This document shows, in pieces, positions 62,721-64,000 of a stretch of DNA of 64,000 bases. The translations under genes were made by a program, and so were the position numbers. The stretch lies in NCBI GenBank assembly GCA_964016885.1, contig OZ024753.1, positions 14,198,001 to 14,262,000 on the forward strand. The letters are read 5' to 3'. The notes beneath the pieces are model-generated. The model was not told where the DNA came from. It searched no databases and was given only the letters and a program-made list of their open reading frames with translations. Numbering within the stretch: position 1 is the stretch's first letter; the number at the start of each line of letters is the position of its first letter. This stretch comes from Eledone cirrhosa. Lineage: Eukaryota.

Positions 62721-63847
62721 TCTCTGGCAAAACCTTGCCCAGGCTTGTGCCTCAGAGGGAAACTTTCTAGGTGGAAAACCATGGTCATTTGTAACCGAGT
62801 GGGGCCTCAAAGATACAGGTATATATAGATATATGCATGTGTGTGTGTGTCTCACTTTCTCTCACAACATGTCTTCACATTGGCATTGCTGTTCGTTTAT
62901 GTCCCTCATAAACAATACGTTATGCAGCTGGACTTGAAGATATACCCATCTACTAAACTCAGTCACAAGGCATTGGTCAGCTGGAGGTTGTAGGAGAAGA
63001 CACTTGCCTAAGGTGCCAAACAGCATGACCGAACACGGAACTTCACGGTTTAGAGGTGAACTTCTAAACCACACATCCAGAACTGTGTCTGTCTTATGAT
63101 GGTGTCACACCTGTTTTGTATATCTGTATGAAACGAGGGTAACACTCAAGGTATTCACCAGGTGTAATTCCGAACTACCAACGAGAGACTACGAGACTCT
63201 GTACACACAGTTTACCTGACAGTTCACTTCAGTTCTTATAGACTTTTGGCCTAGTCCACTTTTAGTTATGCACGGATATTCAGGGTTTTTTTCCCCCCAC
63301 AACACTCTATATATTATATATCATCATCATCATCATCATCATCATTTTACGTCCGCTTTTCCCTGCTTGCAAGGGTGGGACGGGAACTGATTCTGGCTTG
63401 ATTTCTACAGCTGGATGCCCTTCCTAACACCAACCTCATTTACAGTGAGTGCTGGGTGCTTTTTTCCGTGGCGCCTACACGTCCACTTTACAGTGGAATG
63501 ATATGGACCCCAGTCCCTATCATCTCATTTCTACAGCTGAGTAAACTGGAGCAATGTAAAATAAAGTGTCTTGCTCAAGGAAACAACACATCACTCGGTC
63601 TGAGAATTGAACTCACAACCTTTCGATTGCAAGCCCAATGCTCTAACTACTAAGCCATGTGCCTCCCATATCTCTGTTATAATTTAAGAAACTACTTGAA
63701 ATTGTGAAATTAGTTCACAGATACTTTGTACTCTTCTTGTAGAATCCAGGCTGGGACAACTTTATGAAGTTTACCAACAGCTGTTGTAAATTTAATGAAA
63801 ATCTATAAAAGGATGTTAATAGTATTGTTGTTGTTGTTATTGTTTAG

Positions 63848-63926
63848 GAGAACATCCCAAAAGGTAACTTTAGTTGGCAGAAAAACATACCAAAAGGAAT
63901 AATGGACTTGATTAAATCACGTCTAG
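63848..63926 (+). CDS. NCDN: Neurochondrin, coding exon 8 (gene continues beyond the window)
   Basis: tgtttag acceptor; ENIPKGNFSWQKNIPKGIMDLIKSRL resembles NCDN ..DLQAGL..IL.SKL; donor gtttgt. Confidence 0.75.
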
Positions 63927-64000
63927 GTTTGTAAACCATTTCTCATTTAATTCTTGCACCCACTACACTCTGCATTGTAGTAATGTTGATGCCAGTATAT

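Noticed and set aside
63743-63808. Possible extra NCDN exon after ttcttgtag (NPGWDNFMK...)
   Set aside because: Runs into a stop with no convincing donor; exon 7 joins 63848 in phase with continuous NCDN similarity

Overview
AT-rich, microsatellite-laden animal genomic DNA. The SINE/RTE repertoire and (TA)n/(CA)n load suggest a coleoid cephalopod such as octopus (inference). Two spliced genes lie on the + strand. The first is the 3' end of an unidentified acidic, Asn-rich protein (exons 2159-2479, 5888-5936, 7516-7586). The second is the 5' part of neurochondrin (NCDN): 8 coding exons from ATG 36234 to 63926, all splice phases compatible, continuing past the window. The rest is mostly transposon-derived: RTE-type LINEs (one nearly intact), tRNA-derived SINEs, a full-length decayed mariner, mariner/pogo/piggyBac-type MITEs, a hAT remnant, a non-autonomous Helitron, CRE-like and Tx1-like LINE remnants, Penelope-like (PLE) remnants and minisatellites. 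The most striking signal is a dense set of short non-coding elements inserted in (TA)n tracts. They belong to many sequence-unrelated families but share one architecture: a type I hammerhead ribozyme, then an AATAAA-like segment, then a covarying bulged hairpin RCTC-helix-loop-helix-YY-GAGY, then (TA)n. They are very often folded back into long palindromes. Several lie in NCDN introns with the ribozyme on the sense strand, paired with its own antisense copy. All calls were read by eye; no database or folding program was run.
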